From NCBI GenBank assembly GCA_030066595.1, contig JASJBI010000061.1:346-64345 (forward strand): a stretch of DNA of 64,000 bases, written 5' to 3'. The position numbers and the translations under genes were made by a program. The notes under the pieces were generated by a model. It did not search any database. It was given only the letters and a program-made list of their open reading frames with translations, and was not told the origin of the DNA. Shown piece by piece: positions 14,676-24,503 of this stretch (position 1 is the first letter of the stretch; each line of letters starts with the position of its first letter). This DNA comes from Alphaproteobacteria bacterium. Lineage in GTDB: Bacteria > Pseudomonadota > Alphaproteobacteria > JAJFFI01.

Positions 14676-14714
14676 CGTCCTTTCCGTTTCGTCACACGGT
14701 GTTGATCGACGACG

Positions 14715-14746
14715 CAAGCCCCGGCCCGTTCCGGGGCTTGTCTTTT
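14715..14746 (+). terminator. Intrinsic terminator-like hairpin after ftsH
   Basis: Perfect 10-bp stem CAAGCCCCGG/CCGGGGCTTG, 6-nt loop, followed by TCTTTT. Confidence 0.6.
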
Positions 14747-15832
14747 CCGGAACCGGCGACGGGTCGGCTCTATCTCCGGCCGCTCGGCCTTGTGCCGCTG
14801 GCGCATCCAAGTGGGGACCCGGGGCTCTTGCCACTGGCTGGCGGGCCGTTCGCGTTTGGACATGTGGAGCTGCTGCTGCGGGCACCGGACGGCATCAAAC
14901 GGGCCGTTGCGAGCCTCGCGACGCTCTCGGCCTGGGCGCGCCAGGAAGGCGCGGCCGCAGAGGCGTTCGTCGACGCATGGCGGGACCGAACGACAAAGGC
15001 CGCGCTTCGGATCGCCGGCCTCGTCCCCGACCGCCCGCACATCATGGGCATCGTCAACGTCACGCCGGACAGCTTTTCGGACGGCGGCGCCTTCTCTCGA
15101 CCCACCGACGCCATCGAACACGGCCGCGCGCTGGCGGCGGCCGGGGCGGATATCCTGGACATCGGCGGCGAATCAACCCGGCCGGGCGCTTCTCCGGTGT
15201 CCGCAGCAGAGCAATGCGACCGGGTGCGGCCGGTGATCGAGGGGTTGCGGGACGCCGGGGTACCGCTTGCGATCGACACCCGCGACGCCGCAGTCATGCG
15301 CGCCGCGGTCGCAGCCGGCGCCTCCATCATCAACGATGTGAGTGCGCTCGCCCATGATCCCGACAGCCTCGCCGCCGCACGGGAACTCGCGGTGCCGGTG
15401 ATCCTCACCCATATGCGCGGCGCGCCCGACACCATGGCCGACCGGGCCCGCTATGACGACGTGGCCCTGGATGTGTTCGACGAGTTGGAGGACCGCGTCG
15501 AGACCTGTGAGGCCTCGGGAATTCCGCGCGCATCGCTGATCGTCGACCCGGGCTTCGGATTCGCCAAGACCACACGCCAGAACGCGGCTCTGCTCGCGCG
15601 TCTGGGCATCCTGCACGGCCTCGGCTGCCCGATTGCCGTGGGCGCCTCGCGCAAGACCTTCGCCCCAGGGCAGGGCCGGCGCGCGGCGCGCGACAGACTG
15701 GCCGGCTCGCTGGCCGCCGGGTTGGCGGCAGTGGCCCAGGGCGCGCGCATGCTCCGCGTTCACGACGTGGCTGCCACCCGTGATGCGCTTACCACCTTCG
15801 GCGCAACGCTCGCACTGCGAGAAGACATATAG
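14738..15832 (+). CDS. folP: Dihydropteroate synthase with N-terminal extension
   Basis: [34 protein letters not shown] and RVHDV motifs. Start uncertain (14699 GTG or 14738 TTG). Confidence 0.95.
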   Translation: MSFPEPATGRLYLRPLGLVPLAHPSGDPGLLPLAGGPFAFGHVELLLRAPDGIKRAVASLATLSAWARQEGAAAEAFVDAWRDRTTKAALRIAGLVPDRPHIMGIVNVTPDSFSDGGAFSRPTDAIEHGRALAAAGADILDIGGESTRPGASPVSAAEQCDRVRPVIEGLRDAGVPLAIDTRDAAVMRAAVAAGASIINDVSALAHDPDSLAAARELAVPVILTHMRGAPDTMADRARYDDVALDVFDELEDRVETCEASGIPRASLIVDPGFGFAKTTRQNAALLARLGILHGLGCPIAVGASRKTFAPGQGRRAARDRLAGSLAAGLAAVAQGARMLRVHDVAATRDALTTFGATLALREDI

Positions 15833-15888
15833 CGCCTCGGGGCAATTCTGCTATAAATCCCGCCTTCTTCGACGTGCTCGGCAGACTC

Positions 15889-17235
15889 ATGCCCGACAGA
15901 CTTTTCGGCACGGACGGCATTCGTGGCACCGCGAATGCCGAACCGATGACAGCAGAGACCGTCCTGCGGGTCGCCCTGGCGGCCGGTCTTCATTTCCGGC
16001 GCGGCGATCATCGGCATCTTGCCATCATCAGCAAGGACACACGGCTCTCCGGCTACATGCTCGAGCCGGCGCTAACCGCCGGCTTCATCGCCATGGGTAT
16101 GGACGTCGTGCTGGTCGGTCCGCTGCCGACGCCCGCGGTGGCCATGCTGACCCGATCCCTGCGCGCGGATCTCGGCGTCATGATCTCGGCCTCGCACAAC
16201 CCCTATCAGGACAACGGCATCAAGCTGTTCGGACCGGACGGGTACAAGCTTTCCGACGAGATCGAATCGGAGATCGAGGCTCATGTGAAGAACGGTGTCG
16301 GCCAGCACGTTGCCGCGCCTGACCGCCTTGGCCGGGCCACGCGGCTGGACGACGCAGCGGGCCGCTACATCGAGTTCGTCAAGAGCACCTTTCCTCCCGG
16401 TCTGCGGCTGGACGGCCTCAAAGTCGTCATCGATTGCGCCAACGGCGCTGCCTACAAGGTTGCACCCACCGTGCTCTGGGAGCTGGGGGCCGAGGTCGTC
16501 CCGGTGGCCGTGGACCCGGACGGGTTCAACATCAACAAGCTGTGCGGCGCAACCAGCCCCGACGCCTTGCGGCACGCGGTCGCGCATATGGGCGCGGATC
16601 TGGGCATTGCACTCGACGGCGACGCGGACCGGGTCATCCTGGCCGACGAGCACGGCGAGCTGATCGACGGCGACCAGGTGATGGCGTTGACCGCCGACTT
16701 CTGGCAGCGCGCGAACCGGCTCAAGGGGCGCGGCGTCGTCTCGACGGTGATGTCCAATCTGGGCCTGGAGCGCTATCTGCAGGAACACGGGCTCAAGCTC
16801 GCCCGCACCCAGGTGGGAGACCGTTACGTGGTCGAGCACATGCGGGCGAACGGATACAATGTCGGCGGAGAACAGTCCGGCCATATCGTGCTGAGCGACT
16901 ATACCACCACGGGCGACGGTCTGATCGCGGCCCTACAGACGCTCGCGGTGATCGTCGAGGCGCAGCGGCCGGCGAGCGAAGTGTGCCGGGTGTTCGAACC
17001 CCTGCCGCAGTTGCTCAAGAACGTGCCCTATAACGGCGGAGCGCCGCTCGAAAGCAAGTCCGTCTGCGCCGCGATCGCCGCCGGCGAAGGGCGGCTGGGT
17101 GACAAGGGGCGTCTCTTGATCCGGCCCTCGGGCACCGAGCCGGTGATCCGTGTCATGGCCGAGGGAGAGGACGAGGCCCTGATCGGGCAGGTCGTCGACA
17201 GCATCGCCGATGCCATTTCCCAGGCGGCGGGCTGA
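15889..17235 (+). CDS. glmM: Phosphoglucosamine mutase
   Basis: [27 protein letters not shown] and RPSGTEP motifs. Confidence 0.98.
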   Translation: MPDRLFGTDGIRGTANAEPMTAETVLRVALAAGLHFRRGDHRHLAIISKDTRLSGYMLEPALTAGFIAMGMDVVLVGPLPTPAVAMLTRSLRADLGVMISASHNPYQDNGIKLFGPDGYKLSDEIESEIEAHVKNGVGQHVAAPDRLGRATRLDDAAGRYIEFVKSTFPPGLRLDGLKVVIDCANGAAYKVAPTVLWELGAEVVPVAVDPDGFNINKLCGATSPDALRHAVAHMGADLGIALDGDADRVILADEHGELIDGDQVMALTADFWQRANRLKGRGVVSTVMSNLGLERYLQEHGLKLARTQVGDRYVVEHMRANGYNVGGEQSGHIVLSDYTTTGDGLIAALQTLAVIVEAQRPASEVCRVFEPLPQLLKNVPYNGGAPLESKSVCAAIAAGEGRLGDKGRLLIRPSGTEPVIRVMAEGEDEALIGQVVDSIADAISQAAG

Positions 17236-17249
17236 ATGGCGGCTCGGCG

Positions 17250-18059
17250 GTGAAAGGTCGCGTCCTCATCATCGCCGGTTCGGATTCGGGTGGCGGTGCC
17301 GGCATCCAGGCCGACATCAAGACGGTGACCTGCCTGGGCGGCTACGCCATGACGGCGGTCACCGCGCTCACCGCGCAGAACACCGAAGGCGTGCACGGCG
17401 TCCTTGGCGTGGACCCCGGCTTCATCGAGCAGCAAATGGCCGTGGTGCTGGACGACATCGGCGCCGACTGCATCAAGATCGGCATGCTGCACACGGCCGA
17501 GGTGATGGAGACGGTGGCGAAGGCCATCAAGCGGCTGGCGCCCGACGTCCCGGTCGTCGTCGACCCGGTGATGGTGGCCAAGGGCGGCGCCCGGCTGCTC
17601 GACGCGGACGCGACCGACGTGCTCAAGCGGGACATCATCCTGATCGCCGCGCTGCTCACCCCGAACATTCCGGAGGCCGAGGCCCTGACCGGGATGTCGA
17701 TTGCCGACCGTACCGAAATGGAGCACGCCGCCCAGATGCTGCACACGCTGGGTCCGGATGCGGTCCTCCTGAAGGGCGGCCATCTCGGCGGCAAGACGGT
17801 GGTCGACCTCCTGTGCGACGACAACGGTCTGCAGGCCTTCGAGGATCCGCGCGTCAAGACCCGCCATACCCACGGCACCGGCTGTACCCTGGCCTCGGCC
17901 ATCGCCACCGGCTTGGCCCAGGGCATGGCCTTGCCAGCCGCCGTCAAGCGCGCCCGGGCCTACCTCATGGCGGCCATCCGCTCGGCCCCCGGCTTGGGTC
18001 GCGGCCACGGCCCCTTGGACCACGGCCACACGGTGAAGAAGTCCGCCCAGGCGGGTTAG
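17250..18059 (+). CDS. thiD: Hydroxymethylpyrimidine/phosphomethylpyrimidine kinase
   Basis: IAGSDSGGGAGIQADIK, VDPVMVAKGG and THGTGCTLASA motifs. Confidence 0.97.
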   Translation: MKGRVLIIAGSDSGGGAGIQADIKTVTCLGGYAMTAVTALTAQNTEGVHGVLGVDPGFIEQQMAVVLDDIGADCIKIGMLHTAEVMETVAKAIKRLAPDVPVVVDPVMVAKGGARLLDADATDVLKRDIILIAALLTPNIPEAEALTGMSIADRTEMEHAAQMLHTLGPDAVLLKGGHLGGKTVVDLLCDDNGLQAFEDPRVKTRHTHGTGCTLASAIATGLAQGMALPAAVKRARAYLMAAIRSAPGLGRGHGPLDHGHTVKKSAQAG

Positions 18060-18099
18060 GTCGCTCGTGAATTGAGGCGTATTGCCGCCGCCCCGCCGC

Positions 18100-18591
18100 C
18101 TACTTCGACGCCCGCTCCCGGCACACACTGCGCTTGAGCCAGCGGCTCGCCGCGGAGAATCCCATCAGGCTGAAAGTCTGGTCGCGCGGCGGCTCGCCGA
18201 TCGGCGTGAGCCGGATGCGCAGCTTCCTGCCGGCCCGGAAGGCCGGGATGACCTCTCGGGGCAGCTCGATCAGGTTGATATGATCGATGCTCGAGGCCGG
18301 GATCACGCCCGGCTTGCGCTTGTCCACCCGATAGGTCACTTCGCCTTCGAACCCCCGGAAGAAGGGCGTGAGGATGGCCGGCCCGCCGGTCCTGCCCATC
18401 GTGAGCTCAAGCTTGGACGGGTCGTCCTTGTAGGACTGCTTGATGTAGCAGTGCCCTTCGCCGGGCTTTTTTATCACAAGCCAGTCCCGCACACGCGCGA
18501 CCGAGTGTTTCTTTTCCCAGTCGGACCACTCCACCGCAAAGGCGGGCTGAGCCAGGGCCACAATCGACGCCGCCAAGATGAGCGGTCGCAC
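18100..18591 (-). CDS. Exported protein, possibly IalB (invasion-associated locus B)-like
   Basis: Signal peptide ending AQPAFA; two Cys; C-terminal FSLMGFSAA resembles the IalB-type tail. Confidence 0.6.
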   Translation of the reverse strand: MRPLILAASIVALAQPAFAVEWSDWEKKHSVARVRDWLVIKKPGEGHCYIKQSYKDDPSKLELTMGRTGGPAILTPFFRGFEGEVTYRVDKRKPGVIPASSIDHINLIELPREVIPAFRAGRKLRIRLTPIGEPPRDQTFSLMGFSAASRWLKRSVCRERASK

Positions 18592-18849
18592 CGTTCCGGT
18601 CTCCGGCGATTGTTTCGAGACGTTCCCGGAGAAAACCCTAACACGGGCAGCGGCCGCACATCCACGGGCGAGGGGGACACTCGCGACCGAAAGGTCACAT
18701 AAGGTGCAGTCATGTCACACTCCGCCGGTGGGACAGGAACCCCGATATGCCGAAGCGGTCGGCGGCTTGTAGGTTGCGCGGGTTGGGTTCACACTCATGC
18801 GCACGGGCGCTCACCCGTGATCGCCGCATGCCGCGAAATGGAGGGACAG

Positions 18850-19683
18850 ATGTCCGATCCTGAGGGCGTTTCGAACCACTACACGCACGGCGGCCTGCTC
18901 GACGCCATCCGGGCAGGGCTGGAACGTCTTGGCAAGTCGCCGGACACCGTGGATATCCAGGACCTCGGCCCCGTCGACGAATTCCACATCGGCGGCCGGG
19001 AGGCCTCAGAGCAGTTTCTCGATCAGCTCCAGCTGTCCGGCGACGACCATGTGCTCGATGTCGGTTGCGGGCTTGGAGGCGCGAGCCGATTTGTCGCCCA
19101 CCGCTACGGCAGCCGAGTCACCGGGGTCGACCTGACCGAAGAATATGTCGAGACCGGACGGGTTTTGTGTTCCTGGCTCGGCCTCGACCATCGCGTCGAC
19201 CTCCGGCAGGGCAGTGCCATGGCCCTGCCTCATCCGGATGGCGAATTCGACAAGGCTTACATGATGCATGTGGGCATGAACATCGCCGACAAGCAGGGCC
19301 TTTTCACGGAACTGCATCGGGCGCTGAAGCCGGGCGGCAGGCTGGGAGTTTACGACGTCATGCGCGTCGGCGAAGGAGAGCTCACATTCCCGGTCCCTTG
19401 GGCGATGACGGCGGAAACCAGCGCGCTCGACGCACCCGAGACCTACAAGAGCGGGCTGAGCGCCGCGGGCTTTCGTGTCGTCGCCGAGCGCAACCGCCGG
19501 GACTTCGCTCTGGACTTTTTCGCGCGGCTTCAAGCGAACACGGCCGCCGCGGGTGGCCCGCCGCCACTGGGGCTCCACATTCTCATGGGCGAGACGGCGC
19601 CGACGAAGATCAAGAACATGATCGAAAACATCTCGGAAGGCCGCATCGCCCCCGTCGAACTGATTGCCGAGAAGTTGCCTTGA
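18850..19683 (+). CDS. Class I SAM-dependent methyltransferase
   Basis: DEFHIGGR and motif I VLDVGCGLGG, LKPGG; GGAGG RBS before ATG 18850. Confidence 0.9.
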   Translation: MSDPEGVSNHYTHGGLLDAIRAGLERLGKSPDTVDIQDLGPVDEFHIGGREASEQFLDQLQLSGDDHVLDVGCGLGGASRFVAHRYGSRVTGVDLTEEYVETGRVLCSWLGLDHRVDLRQGSAMALPHPDGEFDKAYMMHVGMNIADKQGLFTELHRALKPGGRLGVYDVMRVGEGELTFPVPWAMTAETSALDAPETYKSGLSAAGFRVVAERNRRDFALDFFARLQANTAAAGGPPPLGLHILMGETAPTKIKNMIENISEGRIAPVELIAEKLP

Positions 19684-19855
19684 TGCGGTGAGCGACCGAC
19701 CCACGGGACTGGGGTCTCGACCCATGTTTTCACGAATGGCGCGCCTGGCCCGCGCTGACGGCCTCCTGCGCGCCGATTCTTAAGCCGTTTGACGTTTGGT
19801 GCCGATCCGCTCAAAAGAAGCGTCGAGATCGATAGGCTCCCGAGAGGTTCCGAGC

Positions 19856-20995
19856 ATGGCCGCGACGCAGCAGCCCTCCGACGAGGCGGCCCTTCAGAAG
19901 AGAACGGTCGAAACAATCATTCGCGTGGGCGTGATCGTCGTTCTGATCGCCTGGTGCTTTCTGATCGTCTGGCCCTTTGTCACCCCTCTGGTCTGGGGGG
20001 TGATCATCGCCATGGCGACCTATTCCGGCTACCGCTGGCTGTTGACGGTACTCGGCGGCCGCCGCGTGGCGGCGGCTTCGGTCTACTCGCTGGTCATGCT
20101 GATCCTCCTGATCGGACCGATGGTCGTTTTGGCCGAGACCCTGGTCGACGGCGCACGCCAGTTGGCCGAGGCCCTCATCGACGGCAGGCTGACCATTCCG
20201 CCGCCACCCGACGGCGTTCGCGACTGGCCGCTGATCGGCGAACCCGTACAGAAGTACTGGTCGCTCGCCTCGGAGGACATCAGCGCAGCCCTGAGCAAGA
20301 TCGCCCCGCAGCTCAGGGCATTGGGTCGCTGGCTGCTGTCGGTCGCGGCGGGGGTCGGTTTCGGCGTGCTGCAGTTCGTGTTTGCGATCGTCATCGCGGG
20401 CATACTGGTTGTGCATGCCGGCGGCGGCCGCGACGCCAGCCTGGCGATCGCCACCCGTCTGGCCGGCGATCGCGGCCGCGATTACATCGAACTGGCGCGA
20501 TCGACCGTCCGGAGCGTCGCGCGCGGCATCTTGGGCGTCTCGCTGATCCAGACCGGCCTGGCGGGCCTGGGCTTTCTCGCGGTCGGCATACCCGGAGCGG
20601 GCTTCCTGGCCCTGATCTGCCTGTTGTTTTCCGTTGTCCAGATCGGCGTCTTCCCGGTCCTGATCCCGGTGGTGATTTACGTTTTCGTTGAAATGGACAC
20701 GATGACCGCGATCTTGTTCACGGTCTGGAACGTCATCGTCGGCTTCACGGACAATGCCTTGAAGCCCCTGTTGCTGGGTCGGGGCGTCAAAGTGCCGATG
20801 CCGGTGATCTTCATCGGCGCGATCGGCGGGCTCCTGACGTCGGGGATCGTGGGTCTGTTTGTCGGCCCGGTCGTCCTGGCCCTCGGCTATACGCTGTTTC
20901 TGGTCTGGCTCGACGACGGTCCCGAGCAGCTGCCCGGACACACGGGGCCGGACACTCCCGCAAGCGACAGCCCCGCTCGCCGTTCACATGATTGA
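19856..20995 (+). CDS. AI-2E family transporter
   Basis: Multi-TM; DNALKPLLLGRG and GIVGLFVGPVVLAL motifs. Confidence 0.92.
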   Translation: MAATQQPSDEAALQKRTVETIIRVGVIVVLIAWCFLIVWPFVTPLVWGVIIAMATYSGYRWLLTVLGGRRVAAASVYSLVMLILLIGPMVVLAETLVDGARQLAEALIDGRLTIPPPPDGVRDWPLIGEPVQKYWSLASEDISAALSKIAPQLRALGRWLLSVAAGVGFGVLQFVFAIVIAGILVVHAGGGRDASLAIATRLAGDRGRDYIELARSTVRSVARGILGVSLIQTGLAGLGFLAVGIPGAGFLALICLLFSVVQIGVFPVLIPVVIYVFVEMDTMTAILFTVWNVIVGFTDNALKPLLLGRGVKVPMPVIFIGAIGGLLTSGIVGLFVGPVVLALGYTLFLVWLDDGPEQLPGHTGPDTPASDSPARRSHD

Positions 20996-22372
20996 GAGGT
21001 CGGCGCCCGGGTCCGGGCCGGCGCGCAGGATATCGGCGAGGCGCTTGAGCCCGGTCCGCAGCAGCTCGACGGTCGGGGGCTGGCCCAGGCTGATCCTGAG
21101 CGCGCGCGGCGGCATCGCGCCCGGCAGGGTGAACGGGGCCTCGGTCGCCAAGACCACCCCGCGCTCCCGCGCCGCGGCGGAAAAGGCGTCCGTGGTCCAG
21201 GGTGTAGGCAGTTCGAACCAGACATGCAGCGCGCCCTCCGCCGCTTTGACGCCCCATTCGCCGAGGACCTCCTCCGCGATCGCCATGCGTTCCGCGGCCC
21301 AGCGGCGATGGGTCTCGACGATGCGATCGGCGGTGCCGTCCGTGATCCAGCGGGCGGCGATCTCGGCCAAGAGCGGCGGCGCCATCCAGCAGGTGGCGCG
21401 CACCGCATTGCGCGCGCGCATCACCAGCTCGCTCGGCGGCACGATGTAGCCGATCCGCAGTCCCGGCCCCACCGTCTTCGACAGGCTGGTCAGATAAACC
21501 GAATTGTCGGGCGCCCAATGTGCGATCGGAGGCCGCGGCTCCCGCAGCATCAGGCCCATCAGATCGTCCTCGATCAGGTATGCCTCGTGGCGCCGGATGA
21601 TCTCGGCGATGGCCTGGCGCCGCGCCGGCGACATGACCACATTGGTCGGATTTTGCAGGCTGGGCACGCAGCAGACCACCCGGATGCCGTTGGCGCAGGC
21701 GCGGTCGACCGCCTCCGGCACCAGCCCGTCCCGATCGATCGGCAAGGGCTCCAGCCGGCAGCCGAGCATGGTCGCCGCCGTCTTGACGCCGGGGAAACAG
21801 AGCTCTTCACCGGCGATGCGATCGCCCGGGCGGGTCGTGGAGGACAGGGCCACGACTAGGGCGTGCTGGGCGCCGGCGGTCACGATCACCTGATCCGGGG
21901 AGACGGTATAGCCGGCGCGCGCGATCCACGCCGCGCCCGCGGCGCGATGCTCCGGCTGGCCGCCGTGATCCTGGTAGTTGAGCAGACGCAGTGTCTGGGG
22001 ATCGTCCGCGAGCTCGCGCAGACTGCGCGGCAGATCGACGCGCTGCGCGCCCGGCGCCGGGTAGTTCAGCATCAGATCGATGACGCCGTCGTCGGCCTCG
22101 GCCGCGGCCAACATGAGATCCTCGCTGGCCGGACCCTGCACGTAAGTGCCGCGCCCCACCTCACCCGAGACCAGCCCGCGCCGCTCCAGCTCGCCATAGG
22201 CCCGGGTCACGGTGCCCACGGTGACGCCGAGTTGCCAGGCGAGGTCCCGGTGGGTCGGCAGCCGCGCGCCGGGCCCGAGGGCGCCCGAGGCGATGTCTTC
22301 CGCCAGCACATCCGCGATTGCCTTGTAGCGGGGGCCGGCGCGTTCCGAGAGCACGTCCACAGAAATTGTCAT
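20984..22372 (-). CDS. MocR-type GntR regulator (wHTH plus PLP aminotransferase-like domain)
   Basis: RLPTHRDLAWQLGVTVGTVTRAY, GEVGRGTYV, QNPT, IEDD and SLSKTVGPGLRIGY motifs. Confidence 0.95.
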   Translation of the reverse strand: MTISVDVLSERAGPRYKAIADVLAEDIASGALGPGARLPTHRDLAWQLGVTVGTVTRAYGELERRGLVSGEVGRGTYVQGPASEDLMLAAAEADDGVIDLMLNYPAPGAQRVDLPRSLRELADDPQTLRLLNYQDHGGQPEHRAAGAAWIARAGYTVSPDQVIVTAGAQHALVVALSSTTRPGDRIAGEELCFPGVKTAATMLGCRLEPLPIDRDGLVPEAVDRACANGIRVVCCVPSLQNPTNVVMSPARRQAIAEIIRRHEAYLIEDDLMGLMLREPRPPIAHWAPDNSVYLTSLSKTVGPGLRIGYIVPPSELVMRARNAVRATCWMAPPLLAEIAARWITDGTADRIVETHRRWAAERMAIAEEVLGEWGVKAAEGALHVWFELPTPWTTDAFSAAARERGVVLATEAPFTLPGAMPPRALRISLGQPPTVELLRTGLKRLADILRAGPDPGADLSIM

Positions 22373-22480
22373 GGTGACAATATAATCATTGATCGCCGGA
22401 TTGTGTCAAGATAATAATGACAATCGGAGAGTAGGAGCGGATTCAACCCGAACCAATGGAGGATTGTATGGGTACAATCC
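22365..22480. promoter_or_regulatory. Putative MocR operator palindromes (ATTGT-N6/7-ACAAT)
   Basis: ATTGTCATGGTGACAAT (22365-22381) and GGATTGTATGGGTACAATCC (22461-22480); each overlaps a start codon. Confidence 0.6.
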
Positions 22481-22743
22481 AATTGAGTCACCGACCCGCG
22501 GCCTACTCGGGTCCCGGGTCGCCCGATCGCTACACCGGCAAGCGCCTCGATCTCACGGTCGGGGGCGTCTGGTCGCTGATCAAGACCGCGGCACGTCTCT
22601 CGGTGGAGACCCTGTTGCTGTGGCAGGAGCGCTACCGCATGCGGCGCAAGCTCTTGGAGCTCGACAACCGGATGCTGGAGGACATCGGCCTGAGCCGCGC
22701 CGAGATTTGGCGCGAGGCCAGCAAGCCGTTCTGGCGGGCGTAG
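22468..22743 (+). CDS. DUF1127 family small protein
   Basis: WQERYRMRRKLLELDNRMLEDIGLSRAEIWREASKPFWRA signature; GGAGGA RBS. Confidence 0.93.
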   Translation: MGTIQLSHRPAAYSGPGSPDRYTGKRLDLTVGGVWSLIKTAARLSVETLLLWQERYRMRRKLLELDNRMLEDIGLSRAEIWREASKPFWRA

Positions 22744-22750
22744 CCGGGCC

Positions 22751-23533
22751 ATGGAGATCCCCTTCTATCAGGTGGACGCGTTCACGAGCCGCGCTCTCGG
22801 CGGCAACCCGGCGGCCGTCTGCCCGCTGGACAGCTGGCTCGACGAGGCGCTGATGCAGGACATCGCGGCCGAGAACAACCTCTCGGAGACGGCCTATTTC
22901 GTGCCGAAGGGCGACGACTTCGAGATCCGCTGGTTCACGCCGACCGTGGAGATGGACCTGGCCGGCCACCCGACCTTGGCGACGGCCCATGTCATTTTCA
23001 GCGAGTTGAACCTGCGCCGCGAGCGGGTGCTGTTCCACACCAAGCTGGGCGACCAGCTGGACGTCCGCCGGGAGCATGGCCGCATCGCCATGGACTTTCC
23101 GGCCCGGCCGCCGGCGCCGGGCCTGGACTCCGCCGAAGTGGCCGCCGCGCTGGGCGGACAGCCGGTCGAGGTGCTGACCGCACGCGACGGGCTCGCCGTG
23201 TTCGAGCACGAATCGCAGGTGGCGGCCCTGGCCCCGGACATGACCCGGGTCGCCGCGTTGGACTGCTTTGGCGTCATCGCCACCGCGCCGGGCGAGGAGT
23301 CGGATTTCGTCTCCCGTTACTTCGCGCCCGGCGCCGGGGTGGCGGAGGATCCGGTCACCGGCTCGGCCCACTGCACGCTGATCCCGTATTGGGCAAACAA
23401 GCTCGGCAAATCCGAATTGTTCGCGCGACAGATCTCCCGGCGGGGCGGCGAACTTTGGTGCCGCGCCGAGGGCGACCGGGTCGTGATCGCTGGCGAGGCG
23501 GTCACCGTGATCCGCGGGACCCTGCACCTGTGA
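22751..23533 (+). CDS. PhzF family isomerase/epimerase
   Basis: QVDAFT..LGGNPAAV, NLSETAY, RWFTPTVEMDLAGHPT and EDPVTGSAHC motifs. Confidence 0.95.
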   Translation: MEIPFYQVDAFTSRALGGNPAAVCPLDSWLDEALMQDIAAENNLSETAYFVPKGDDFEIRWFTPTVEMDLAGHPTLATAHVIFSELNLRRERVLFHTKLGDQLDVRREHGRIAMDFPARPPAPGLDSAEVAAALGGQPVEVLTARDGLAVFEHESQVAALAPDMTRVAALDCFGVIATAPGEESDFVSRYFAPGAGVAEDPVTGSAHCTLIPYWANKLGKSELFARQISRRGGELWCRAEGDRVVIAGEAVTVIRGTLHL

Positions 23534-24459
23534 GCGACGCCGGCGATGCCGCGCTGACCGCCCGACCGCCCCCCCTCCCCCTCCCGGTCGCGGCGGCAGC
23601 CGCGGGCGCCCTTCTGCTGTGGAGCGGCACGGCCATCGCCAACAAGATCGCCGTCGGCCATATGGACGCCATGACGGCGGGCATCCTGCGTTCGATGCTC
23701 GCGGGCCTGATCGCGGCCGGCGTCGCGCTGGCCTGCCGCTTTCCCTTTCCCCGCATCGGCCGGCAGCGGGGTCTGCTGGTACTGTCGGGGGTCGCGAGTT
23801 TCGCCGCCTGGCCCATGCTCTTGAGCCTGGGCCTCGGCCGCACCACCGCGAACCATGCCGGGCTGATCATGGCCATGATCCCGGTGTTCACCGGGCTGAT
23901 CGCCGCGGCCTTCGAGCGGCGCTGGCCGCGGCTCGGCTGGTGGGTCGGCGTCGCCCTCGCGCTCGTCGGCACCTTCTTTCTGGTGTTCCACCGCGGCGAT
24001 GGGACTTCGGATGCCGGCGAGGTCACCGTGCTGGGCGACTTGATCGTGCTCTCGGGCGTCGTCATCTGCGCGCTCGGCTATGTGACCGGCGGCAAGCTCT
24101 CGCCCGTGATCGGCACCTGGGCGACGACCTTCTGGGGCCTGGCGCTCGCCTGTCTGGTGCTGGTGCCCGCCTTCGCCCTGCTCGCCGAGCGGACCGACTG
24201 GAGCGCGGTCGGCAGCGCCGGCTGGCTTGCGATCGCCTATATGACGTTCCTGTCCTCGCTTTTGGGCTATGCCGCCTGGTTCTGGGCCCTGGGCCATGGC
24301 GGCATCGCCCGCATCGGCTCCTGGCAGTTTGCCCAGCCGGTCATGACCCTCGGCTTCGCGGCCCTGATCCTGGCCGAGGCGATCACCCTGCCGCTGCTGA
24401 TCTCTGCGGCCGCGATCCTGGCCGGCACGGCGATCGCCCAGCGCCAGGCGGCGCGTTGA
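23530..24459 (+). CDS. DMT/EamA family transporter
   Basis: About 10 hydrophobic segments in two EamA-like repeats; GTG overlaps the PhzF stop. Confidence 0.9.
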   Translation: MSDAGDAALTARPPPLPLPVAAAAAGALLLWSGTAIANKIAVGHMDAMTAGILRSMLAGLIAAGVALACRFPFPRIGRQRGLLVLSGVASFAAWPMLLSLGLGRTTANHAGLIMAMIPVFTGLIAAAFERRWPRLGWWVGVALALVGTFFLVFHRGDGTSDAGEVTVLGDLIVLSGVVICALGYVTGGKLSPVIGTWATTFWGLALACLVLVPAFALLAERTDWSAVGSAGWLAIAYMTFLSSLLGYAAWFWALGHGGIARIGSWQFAQPVMTLGFAALILAEAITLPLLISAAAILAGTAIAQRQAAR

Positions 24460-24503
24460 CCGCGGTCGGTGCAGGCGTTTAGATGCGGAAGATGAGGAAC
24501 GAC

